A stretch of 64,000 nucleotides of DNA from Dendrobates tinctorius (taxonomy: Eukaryota): the NCBI RefSeq assembly GCF_039654945.1, contig NW_027361696.1, positions 18,290,001-18,354,000 of the forward strand, given 5' to 3'. Below, in pieces: positions 1-10,800 of the stretch (its first letter is position 1; the number at the start of each line of letters is the position of its first letter). Made by a program: the position numbers and the translations under genes. The notes under the pieces are model-generated. The model was not told where the DNA came from and did not search any database. It was given only the letters and a program-made list of their open reading frames with translations.

Positions 1-962
1 GTTTCCGTTTTTACCATCCGTTTCATCCGTTTTTATGACGGATCCATTTTCCATGCCTGAAAATGGGAGTCTCCCAAATGTGATTGGCTACTGGAAAATT
101 GGGAAAACTATATATTGACTGTTTTTACACCCCATCTTTGACAGGGTTTAGAGAAAGTGGCAGAGATGGAAGGAGTGCTTGTGAGGATTGCGAACGTGGT
201 TACTGATGTGATTTTTGAGACCAAACTGCTGGATACTATTGTTCAGGAGAAGGAGGCAGCAGCAAGATGGAGGATTCTTCTGCAGCGACGTCGCTGGCGA
301 CGACTATGGATGCACACAGACGTACGCAAAAATGGCAATACTCACACTGGCTGGAAGGCTGTAGCGTGATGCTGGCTTCTGGCAGCACAGTCAGGCCTCT
401 GGCTAGGTTTTATAGCAGCTGGACGCGGGCTGCCTGGACGCTGGTTGGATGCTGGTTGAATGCTGGCTGGATGCTGGATGAATGCTAGCTGGATGCTGGC
501 TGGATGCAGTCTTCTGACTTCTCACTGACACATTTGGGGATGAAGGCCCAGGCCAGGTTTATATAGATTTGGGGGTGTCTGGTGAATTGGCTACAAAATC
601 CTGATTCTGAGCATGCTCAGTGTAAAAAAACGTATTGCAGCGCTGCATTCCGTCATATGACGTGTTACGACGGATCCTGCGCCCATAGGCTTCCATTCAA
701 GCCAACGACGCATGCCGCAGGATGCGTTGCGACACGTTTTCCTGACGCAGACAAAAAATGTTACAATCAACGTTTTTTCCAGACGACGGGCCGCCAAATT
801 CCGACGCATCCGTTGCACGACGTACACGACGCGTGACAATCCGTCGCGATGCGTCGTCAATACAAGTCTATGGGAAAAAAACACGAGATTTTGCAGGATG
901 CGTTTTTTTCACAAAACGACGCATTGTGACGTCCGCCAGAAAATGCTAGAGTGAAAGTAGCC
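1..962 (+). mobile_element. Internally deleted PIF/Harbinger-type DNA transposon (right part; left end outside window)
   Basis: Ends in TIR-like GTGAAAGTAGCC followed by TTA, directly against Gypsy sequence. Subterminal GACGCATCC/GGATGCGT repeats. 166-315 encodes MEGVLVRIAN...RRRWRRLWMH, resembling the basic N-terminus of Harbinger transposases, then breaks off. Confidence 0.6.
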
Positions 963-2799
963 TTAAATGTAACTGGAAGAGCCAAACGAAAAGAAACGGC
1001 GTTAAGGATTTCCAAAATTTTATAAGGTCCAATAAACCTTGGCTTGAATTTTGGAGATGCAACCTTCATGGGAATATTTTTTGAGGACAACCAAACCATA
1101 TCACCCACTTTAAACCGGGGACCAATGGTCCTATGCCGGTTGGAAAACCGTTGGGCCTTTTCCTGAGAGTGGGACAACTTCCACAACTTGGTCCCAAATC
1201 TGCTGCATTCTCTCTACCACAGAATCCACACCTGGGAAGGCACAAGCTTCTACCTGCCCCAAAGAAAATCGAGGATGAAACCCAAAGTTACAAAAGAAAG
1301 GAGACATCAAAGTGGCAGAGCTAGCCCTATTGTTTAGCGCGAATTCGGCCAAGGGCAAAATTGAGACCCAATCATCCTGATCAGCAGATATGAAACATCT
1401 CAAATAGGACTCCAACGTCTGGTTTGTTCTCTCAGTCTGCCCATTGGTCTGAGGATGAAATGCAGAGGAGAAAGACAACTGAATTCCCAGTTTGGAACAA
1501 AAAGCTCTCCAAAATCTGGAAACAAACTGGACAACTCTGTTCGACACAAGGTTCTCAGGAATCCCGTGCAAACGAACCACTTGTCGTAAAAACAAGGGCA
1601 CCAACTCAGAAGAAGATAGCAACTTTGGGAGTGGTACAAGATGGACCATCTTAGAAAATCTATCACAGATCACCCAAATAACAGTCATTCTCTGAGAGAC
1701 AGGGAGATCAGAGATAAAATCCATTGAGATATGAGTCCATGGCCTCCTAGGCACCGGCAGGGGCATCAACAAACCACTAGCACGAGAACAGGGCTTAGAC
1801 CGAGAACAAGTCCCACAGGACTGCACAAAGTTCCTGACATCACAAGATAAGGCAGGCCACCAAAAAGACCGACTCACCAAATCTCTGGTACCTGGATGAC
1901 CAGCCAACACGGAGCAATGAATTTCAGACATTACTCTTTTCCTCCACTGGTCAGGGACATACAATTTTCCCATAGGGCATCGTTCAGGTTTATCCTCCTG
2001 AAATTCCTCCAGAGCACGTCTCAAATCAGGAGAGATGGCGGAAAGAACTACACCCTCATTTAGAAAGGTTGTAGGCTCGGTCACGTCAAGAGAATCAGCA
2101 AAGAAACTCCTAGAAAGGGCGTCCGCCTTAACATTCTTAGTACCCGGAAGAAAGGAGACCACAAAATTAAAACGCGTGAAAAACAAGGCCCACCTAGCTT
2201 GCCTAGGATTCAAGCGTTTGGCTGATTCAAGATAAATCAAATTCTTGTGATCGGTGAGGACCACAACTTGATGTCTGGCTCCCTCCAACCAATGTCTCCA
2301 CTCTTCAAATGCCAACTTCATGGCCAATAATTCCCGATTCCCCACATCATAGTTACATTCAGATGGAGAAAATTTTCGAGAAATGAGGGCACAGGGATTC
2401 ATCTTAGAGGTTACCGGATCTCTTTGGACAAAACGGCTCCTGCACCAATCTCAGAAGCATCTATCTCTACCTGAAAAGGGAGTGAAACATCTGGTTGCCG
2501 TAGAACCGGAGCAGAAGTGAATCTCTGCTTAAGTTCCTGAAATGCCGAGACTGCCTCTGGAGACCAATTTACCACATCAGAGCCCTTTTTGGTCAAATCT
2601 GTCAATTGTTTAATAATACCAGTAAAATTACTCATAAATTTACGGTAGAAATTAGCAAAACCCAAAAACTTCTGAAGAGCCTTCAGAGAAGTGGGCTGAA
2701 CCCAATCATAAATGGCCTGTACCTTGGCCGGGTCCATTTCAATAGCAGACGGGGACAAAATGAATCCCAAAAACGAAATCCTCTGTACACCAAAAAGAC
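963..2799 (-). mobile_element. Gypsy/Ty3 (chromovirus-type) pol fragment: RT end, RNase H, integrase; decayed
   Basis: ORFs 2411-2770, 1131-2402 and 857-1186 give [49 protein letters not shown], split by frameshifts. Confidence 0.93.
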
Positions 2800-3062
2800 A
2801 GAGTGCTGATATAGTGGGGGCGAAGTCGTGCGACTTCAGTGTTTTTGTGCATCAGACGTGTTGGACTTTTTGCAGGTTTTTTTGCGTGATTGCAGACAGT
2901 GTCTTTCCTTTCCTGTCCTGTCTAATCAGTGTGGGCCCCATCGTTTGCTCAGTCTATTTTTCTACCTGGGTTTGTGTTTTCATCTTGTCTCACTGACAAT
3001 ATATGTTTGGGGGCTATCTATTCCTTTGCGGTCTCCTCTGGGGCAGTTTAGATTTCCCCTTT
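2799..3062 (+). mobile_element. Internal fragment of an LTR of the same Gypsy family
   Basis: CAGAGTGCTGATATAGTGGG...GGGGCAGTT..TTTCCCCTTT aligns by eye with ~58244-58510 of the 3' LTR. Confidence 0.85.
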
Positions 3063-4630
3063 CTTTCGTCTTCCAATCTTTTATGAACAATATTTTCCGG
3101 GACCTTGTGGATAAGTTTTTGATCGTTTATCTGGATGATATTTTGATCTTTTCCAGTGATTGGGATTCTCATGTGGAACATGTCTGGACTGTGTTCCGTA
3201 TTTTGAGGGAAAATTCTCTGTATGTTAAAGGATCGAAGAGCCTCTTTGGTGTACAGAGGATTTCATTTTTGGGATTCATTTTGTCCCCGTCTACTATTAA
3301 AATGGACCCAGCCAAGATACAGGCCATTTATGATTGGGTTCAGCCCACTTCTTTGAAGGCTCTCCAGAAGTTTTTGGGTTTTGCTAATTTCTACCGTAAA
3401 TTTATATGTAATTTTTCTGGTATTGTTAAACCACTGACTGATTTGACCAAAAAGGGCGCTGATGTGGTGAATTGGTCTCCAGAGGCAGTTTGGGCATTTC
3501 AGGAGCTTAAGGGGAGATTCACTTCTGCTCCGGGTCTACGGCAACCTGATGCCTCACTCCTATTTCAGGTGGAGGTAGATGCTTCTGAGATTGGTGCAGG
3601 AGCCGTTTTGTCCCAATGAGATCCGGTGACTTCTAAGATGAATCCCTATGCCTTCTTTTCTCGAAAATTCTCCCCATCTGAACGTAACTATGACGTGGGG
3701 AATCGGGAATTGCTGGCCACGAAATGGGCATTTGAAGAGTGGAGACATTGGTTGGAGGGAGCTAGACATCAAGTTGTGGTCCTCACCGACCACAAGAATT
3801 TGATTTATCTTGAATCAGCCAAACGCTTGAATCCTAGACAGGCTAGGTGGGCCTTGTTTTTCATTCGTTTTAATTTTGTGGTCTCTTTTCTTCCGGGCAC
3901 TAAGAATGTTAAGGCGGATGCCCTTTCTAGGAGTTTCTTTGCGGATTCTCTTGATGTGACCGAGCCATCTCACCCGATTTGAGACGTGCCCTGGAGGAAT
4001 TTCAGGAGGACAAACCTGATCGTTGCCCTATGGGAAAATTGTATGTCCCTGACCAGTGGAGGAAAAGAGTAATGTCTGAAATTCATTGCTTCGCGTTGGC
4101 TGGTCATCCAGGTATTTTTGGTACCAGAGATTTGGTGAGTCGGTCTTTTTGGTGGCCTGCCTTATCTCGTGATGTCAGGAATTTTGTGCAGTCTTGTGGG
4201 ACTTGTTCTCGGTCCAAGCCCTGTTCTCGTTCTAGTGGTTTGTTGATGCCCCTGCCGGTGCCCAGGAGGCCATGGACTCATATCTCAATGGATTTTATTT
4301 CTGATCTTCCTGTCTCTCAGAGAATGACTGTTATCTGGGTGATCTGTGATAGATTTTCTAAGATGGTCCATCTTGTACCACTCCCAAAGTTGCCATCTTC
4401 TTCTGAGTTGGTGCCCTTGTTTTTACAACAGGTGGTTCGGTTACACGGGATTCCTGAGAACATTGTGTCGGACAGAGGAGTCCAGTTGGTTTCCAGATTT
4501 TGGAGAGCTTTTTGTTCCAAACTGGGAATTCAGTTATCTTTCTCCCCTGCATTTCATCCTCAGACTAATGGGCAGACTGAGAGAACAAACCAGACTTTGG
4601 AATCCTATTTGAGATGTTTCATATTTGCTG

Positions 4631-5667
4631 ATCATAGAATCATAGAATCGTAGAGTTGGAAGGGACCTCCTGGGCCATCTGGTCCAACCCCCTGCTCAAA
4701 GCAGGATTCGCTAAATCATCCCAGTCAGATGTCTGTCCAGCCTCTGTTTGAAGACTTCCATTGAAGGAGAACTCACCACTTCTCGTGGCAGCCTGTTCCA
4801 CTCATTGATCACCCTAAAGGTACTGTCACACTTAGCGATGTACCAGCGTTCCCGACCAGTGATATGACGCGGTCATGATCGCTGTTACATCGCTAAGTTG
4901 TCGCTAGTGAGCTGCCACACAGGCAGATCTCACTAGCGACATCGCTGGGGACGGGGGTCGCTACTTACCTGTCACACCAGGCGATCCTGCGTCCTCCTGC
5001 CCGGCTCCACGCGTCGCTCGTCGTCACAGCAGGAAGCGCCGCAGGAAGCTGACGACGAGAAACAGTCCAGCATGTTCTCGCGCGATCAGCGATAAGCAGC
5101 GGGGGAGAGGGTTGTAGGTAAGTATCACACACAGCGATATCGCTAGCAATATCGCTATAACGTCAAAAGTGCGCAGCGCAGGTCAAAGCGCAACTAGCGC
5201 ACGGCCTGCGCACGATCTGCGCACCCTATGCTAAAGATAGGGTGCGCCGATCGCAGGCGCCCCTGTGCGCTAGGAGGCGGCGCTACAAGCAAGGGGCGGG
5301 CACGCCGGGCAGAGAGCCGGCTCGGGGGCGGAGCTACCCCCGGCCGTGCGTGCGCTTAAAAAGCGCTAATGTGAAACCAGCCTTAGTGTGACAGGCCCTT
5401 AACTGTCAAAAAGTTTTTTCTAATATCTAATCTGTGTCTCCTCCCATTCAGTTTCATCCCATTGCTTCTAGTCTTTCCTTGTGCAAATGAGAATAAAGTT
5501 GATCCTTCTACAATGTGACAGCCCTTTAGATATTTGTAGACAGCTATTAAGTCTCCTCTCAGTCTTCTCTTTTGCAAAGTAAACATTCCCAAATCCTGCA
5601 ACCTTTCCTCATAAGACAGGGTTTGCAGACCGGTCACCATTCTGGTCGCTCTTTTCTGAATGACTTT
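4631..5667 (-). mobile_element. CR1 LINE 3' fragment
   Basis: (CATAGAAT)n is the reverse complement of the CR1 ATTCTRTG tail. ORF 5383-5640 (LSYEERL..LGMFTLQKRRLRGDLIAVYKYLKG..TRSNGMKL) is the CR1 ORF2 C-terminus. Confidence 0.9.
4818..5399. mobile_element. Harbinger-type MITE, chimeric with the right arm of a second MITE family (5161-5382)
   Basis: Ends AGGTACTGTCACACT...AGTGTGACAGGCCCT; TAA duplicated at 4815-4817 and 5400-5402; 5161-5382 matches the right arm of MITE 23319-23796. Confidence 0.8.
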
Positions 5668-6406
5668 TCTGATGACTGGGTCTCATTTTTGCCCTTGGCC
5701 GAATTTGCGCTAAACAATAGGGCTAGTTCTGCCACTTTGATGTCACCCTTTTTCTGTAACTTTGGGTTTCATCCTCGATTTTCTTCAGGGCAGGTGGAAT
5801 CTTCGGCCTGCCCAAGTGTGGATTCTGTGGTAGAGAGAATGCAGCAGATTTGGGACCAAGTGGTGGATAAGTTGTCCCACTCTCAGGAAAAAGCCCAACG
5901 GTTTTCCAAATGGCATAGGACCATTGGTCCCCGGTTTAAAGTGGGTGATATGGTTTGGTTGTCTTCTGTCTTCAAAGAATATTCCTATGAAGGTTGCGTC
6001 TCCAAAATTCAAGCCAAGATTCATTGGACCTTATAAGATTTTGGAAATCCTTAATCCCGTTTCTTGCCAGTTACGTTTAAGATTCATAAAATGCTCCATA
6101 AATCCTTGTTGAAGAGGTTTGTAGAGCCAGTAGTTCCCATGGTGGCGCCTCCTGACCCTGTATTGGTTAAAGGTAATTTGGAGTATGAGGTAGAGAAAAT
6201 ATTGGATTCTCGTTTGGCTAGACGGAGACTCCAGTACTTGGTCAAATGGAAGTGTTATGGCCAGGAGGATAATTCTTGGGTCTCTGCTTCTGACATTTAT
6301 GCTGAAAGATTGGTTCGTGCTTTTCACTGGACCCATCCTGACCGGCCTGGAGGCTCCGACATGATGATGAGATGGACACGGCACAGACAGGACTGCAGGG
6401 AGGTAG

Positions 6407-7188
6407 TGTCACGCCGCTGCCGCGTCCCTCCCGCTTGCTGCCGCGGTCCCCGCCGGCTTCCACACCGCTGCTGCAGCCGTCCCAGTCACTGTCTGTTTCC
6501 ACGCCGCGGTCTCAGCCACCTCGCTCCTCACCGCGGCTCTCCGCCCCCCGGCACACTTACCCAGCACACGCTCCTGCCCGGCTTCCTGCTCTTCGTCGGG
6601 CGCGCGCTCACACTGTATTCAGGAGCGCACGCACCCTCCATTCCCCCTGAAGGCACGCGCTCTCCTCACTCTGCTCTGGGAGGGGTCGTGACCCGGAAGT
6701 CCCTGACACGTTCCCTATATCAGGCCGCCTCTTTCTCCTGGCGGTGCCTGATTATCACTTGTGCCCTGCTAGTGATTCTGGCCCCACTTCCGCTGTGCGT
6801 ACCCCTGCTTTCAGCCTGCCTATATCTTATCCGTCATCTCCGCTGTTCTCTCTCTTAGGATCTGGAAGTCCGGGGTTCCGTTCTGTCCTGTTCTGGTCTC
6901 CCAGCTGTGTCCTCCAGTCCGTGCCTGGTCCTTGCCGTCTTGCCCGTGTTCCTGTCCTGTCCGCCATCCGTGTTCCTGTCCTAGGGAGACCCTCCGCCAG
7001 CCTCTCCGGCCTCCTGTCGTGTCTCCTGTGTCCTTTCCCTGGGTAGCAGCTGCCGTGGTGATAGTTACCCGTGGGTCTGCCCCTAACACTGCCTGTATAG
7101 GGGGTGGTCCACCTGGTCAGCTCGCCCGTGGGAGGTTCGTTGCCACGGTCCAGCGGGTCCACTCCAGGAGTACTTCTAAAGTCTCACA
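6407..7188 (+). mobile_element. Solo LTR (~782 bp) of a second LTR family
   Basis: TGT...ACA termini; 5-bp TSD GGTAG/GATAG; the host GCAGGACTGCAG repeat resumes across it; TATA-like TATAT near 6716. Strand inferred from the TATA only. Confidence 0.75.
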
Positions 7189-7808
7189 GATAGAGCTGGT
7201 CTGACGCAGGACTGCAGGAAGATAGAGCCGAGCTGATGCAGGACTGCAGAAAGATGAAGCCAGACTGGCGCAGGACTGTGGAGCATGGACAGCATTGTCC
7301 AGATACAAAAAAGGATAAAGTAGAAAAAAGAAATATAAATGTGACAGATAAATGATGAATATTTCATCTCTGGGTGGTGCCAGGACCCCAACACGATCCA
7401 GCTGCATATCTTCATCTTATAAATGATGGGTGGAGTTGTCCTAGGAACACAGGGTTATCTGTGCTGTCCCTGCACTTCATGTCCAGCAGACGCTTCTTTA
7501 TTTCGGGCCGGGGCTGCGGTTGCCCCATTTGCACCAAATCGGAAACATCGGCTTCGTCCACAGATCGTCTCTGTTCAATTTTCAGTAAAGTTTGGTGAAA
7601 GTCGATGACTTTGTTGCAATTTCGGTGCAATCCTCTCCCCTCATCTTCACTGCAGCCGGCAGCGATAAATCCACTAAGGACCAGACCTGGAATGTCAACT
7701 CAGCAGCACAGAGTATGTCAGGAAAGCAGGAAGCTGAGCTTATGGAGCAGGGTTCACAGCACAACAGAGAATTTCAGCAAAGGAGTGTGCAGATCTTGTG
7801 AAGCAGGG

Positions 7809-10800
7809 ATCATAGAATGTTAGAGTTGGAAGGGACCTCCAGGTTCCCCGTGTCCAACCTCCTGCTCAATACAGGATTCACTGAACCATCTTAGACAGAT
7901 GTCTGTCCAGCCTCTGTGTGAAGACTTCCATTGCAGGAGAACTCACCACCTCTCGTGGCCACCTGTTCCACTCATTGATTGCCCTCACTGTCAAAAAGTT
8001 TTTTTCTAATAACTAATCTGTATCTTCTCCCTTTCAGTTTCATTTCATTGCTTCTTGTGTTTCCATGTGTAGATGATAATGATGATCCCTCTACACTGTG
8101 ACAGCCCTTCAGATATTTGAAGACAGCTATTAAGTCTCCTCTTAGCTTCTTTTTTACAAGTTAAACATTCCCAGATCTCATAGGACATACTCTGCAGTCC
8201 GCTCACCATCCTGGTCGCTCTACTCTGAACTTGTTCAGTTTTTCAATGTCTTTGAAATAATGTGGTGCCCAGAACTAGACCAAGTATTCCAGATGAGGCC
8301 TGAAAAAGGAGGAGTAGAGGGGGATAATTACTTCACGTGATCTAGACTCTATGCTCCTCTTAATACATCCTAGAACTGTGTTTGCCTTTTTTGCTGCTGC
8401 CTCACACTGTTGACTCATGTGCAGTCTGTGATCTCTTACTATATCCAAGTCTTTTTCACACGTGCTGTTGCTTAGGTCTATTCCTCCCATTCTGTAGATG
8501 TAATTTTCGTTTTTCTTGTCCAGATATAGAAACTTGCATTTCCCCCTGTTAAATACCATTCTATTAGTCGCTGCCCATTGTTCAAGCGTTTCTAGATCCT
8601 GCTGAATCCTTTCTCTGTCTTCTCTAGTGTTAGCTATCCATCCTAGCTTTACATTATCTATAAATTTGGATCAGTTTACCTTCAGTTCCCTTGTCTAGAT
8701 CATTTATAAAAATGTTGAACAACACTTGGGCCAGGACAGAGCCAGGTGGTACCCCACTTGTAATACTGGGCCAGGACAGAGCCTTGTGGTCCCCACTTGT
8801 AACACTGGAGTCAGGAGAGAGCCTTGTGGTCCCCACTTGTAACAATGGGGCCAGGACAAAGCCCAGTGGTCGCCACTTGTAACACTGGGGCCAGGACAGA
8901 GCCATGTGGTACCCCACTTGTAATATTGGGGCCAGAACAGAGGCTTGTAGCACCCCACTTGTAACACTGGAGCCAGGACAGAGCCTTGTGGTACCCCACT
9001 TGTAACACTGAGGCCAGAACAGAGCCTTGCGGTCCCCACTTGTAACACTGAGGCGAGGACAGAGCCTTGTGGTCCCCACTTGTAGCATTGGGGCCAGGAC
9101 AGAGAATTGTGGTACCCCACCTGTAACACTTGGACCATGGCAGAGCCTTGTCGTACCCCACTTGTAACGCTGGGGCAAGGACAGAGCCTTGTGGTACCCC
9201 ACTTGTAACACTGGGGCAAGGACAGAGCCTTGTGGTCCCCATTTGTAACAATGAGGCCAGGACAGAGCCTTGTGGTCCCCACTTGTAAAACTGGGGCCAG
9301 AACAGAGCCTTGTGGTACCCCACTTGTAATACTGGGGCCAGAACAGAGCCTTGTAGCACCCCACTTGTAATACTGGGATCAGAACAGAGCCTTGTGGTCC
9401 CCACTTGTAACACTGAGGCCAGGACAGAGCCTTGTGGTACCCCACTTGTAACCCGGGGCCAGCACAGAGCTTTGTAGTATCCCACTTGTAATACTGGGGC
9501 CAGGACAGAACCTTGTGGTCCTCACTTGTAAAACTGGGGCCAGGACAGAGCCTTGTGGTACCTCACTTGTTGAAATGTGGCCAGGTCAGAGCCTTGAGGT
9601 ACCCCATTTGTAATACTAAGGCCAGGACAGAGCCTTGCGGTACCCCACTTGTAGCACTGGGGCCAGGACAGAGCCTTGTGGTACTCCACTTGTAACACTG
9701 GGACCAGGACAGAGCCTTGTGGTCACAACTTGTAGCACTGGGGCCAGGACAGAGCCTTGTGGCACCCCACTTGTAGTATTGGGGCCAGGACAGAGCCCTG
9801 TGGCACCACACTTGTAACACTGGGGCCAGGTCAGAACCTTGTGGTACCCCACTTGTAATACTGAGGCAAGTACAGAGCCTTGTGGTACTCCACTTATAAC
9901 ACTGGGGCCAGGACAGAGTCTTGTGGTCCCCACTTGTAATACTGAGGCCAGGACAGAGCCTTGTGATACTCCAATTGTAGCACTAGGGCCAGGACAGAGC
10001 CCTGCGGTCCCTCCTGTAACACTGGGGCCAGGACAGGGCCTTGTGGTTCCCCACTTGTAATACTGGGGCCAGGACAGAGACTTGTGTTCCCCAATTGCAA
10101 TACTGGGGCCTGGAAAGAGCCTTGTGGTACCCAACTTGTAACACTGGGGCCAGAATAGAGCCTTGTGGTACCCCATTTGTAACACTGGGGCCAGGACAGA
10201 GCCTTGTGGTCCCCACGTGTAACACTGGGGCTATGACAGAGCCTTGTGGTACCCCACTTGCAACACTGGGGCCAGAACAAAGCCATGTGGTACCCCACTT
10301 GTAATACTGAGGCCAAGACAGAGTCTTGTGGTAACCCACTTGTGACACTGGGGCCAGGACAGAATCTTGTGGTCCCCCACTTGTAATACTGGAACCAGGA
10401 CACAGCCTTGTGGTACCCCACTTGTAACCCGGGGCCAGCACAGAGCTTTGTAGTATCCCACTTGTAACACTGGAGCCAGGACAGAGCCTTGTGGTACCCC
10501 ACTTGTAACACTGAGGCCAGAACAGAGCCTTGCGATCCCCACTTGTAACACTGAGGCGAGGACAGAGCCTTGTGGTCCCTACTTGTAGCATTGGGGCCAG
10601 GACAGAGAATTTTGGTACCCCACCTGTAACACTTGGACCATGGCAGAGCCTTGTCGTACCCCACTTGTAACGCTGGGGCAAGGACAGAGCCTTGTGGTAC
10701 CCCACTTGTAACACTGGGGCAAGGACAGAGCCTCGTGGTCCCCATTTGTAACAATGAGGCCAGGACAGAGCCTTGTGGTCCCCACTTGTAACACTGAGGC

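Larger units (their letters stand above)
3063..6353 (+). mobile_element. Gypsy pol pseudogene (RT YLDD, RNase H, integrase, chromodomain) interrupted by CR1 and MITE; no 3' LTR
   Basis: ORFs 2828-3619 (IVYLDDILIF), 3626-3982, 3979-4653, 5572-6036 and 6064- (EYEVEKILDSR...YLVKWK); stops and frameshifts present. Confidence 0.93.

Noticed and set aside
7412-7690. CASP9 exon (expected from human synteny)
   Set aside because: No CARD or caspase motifs recognised.
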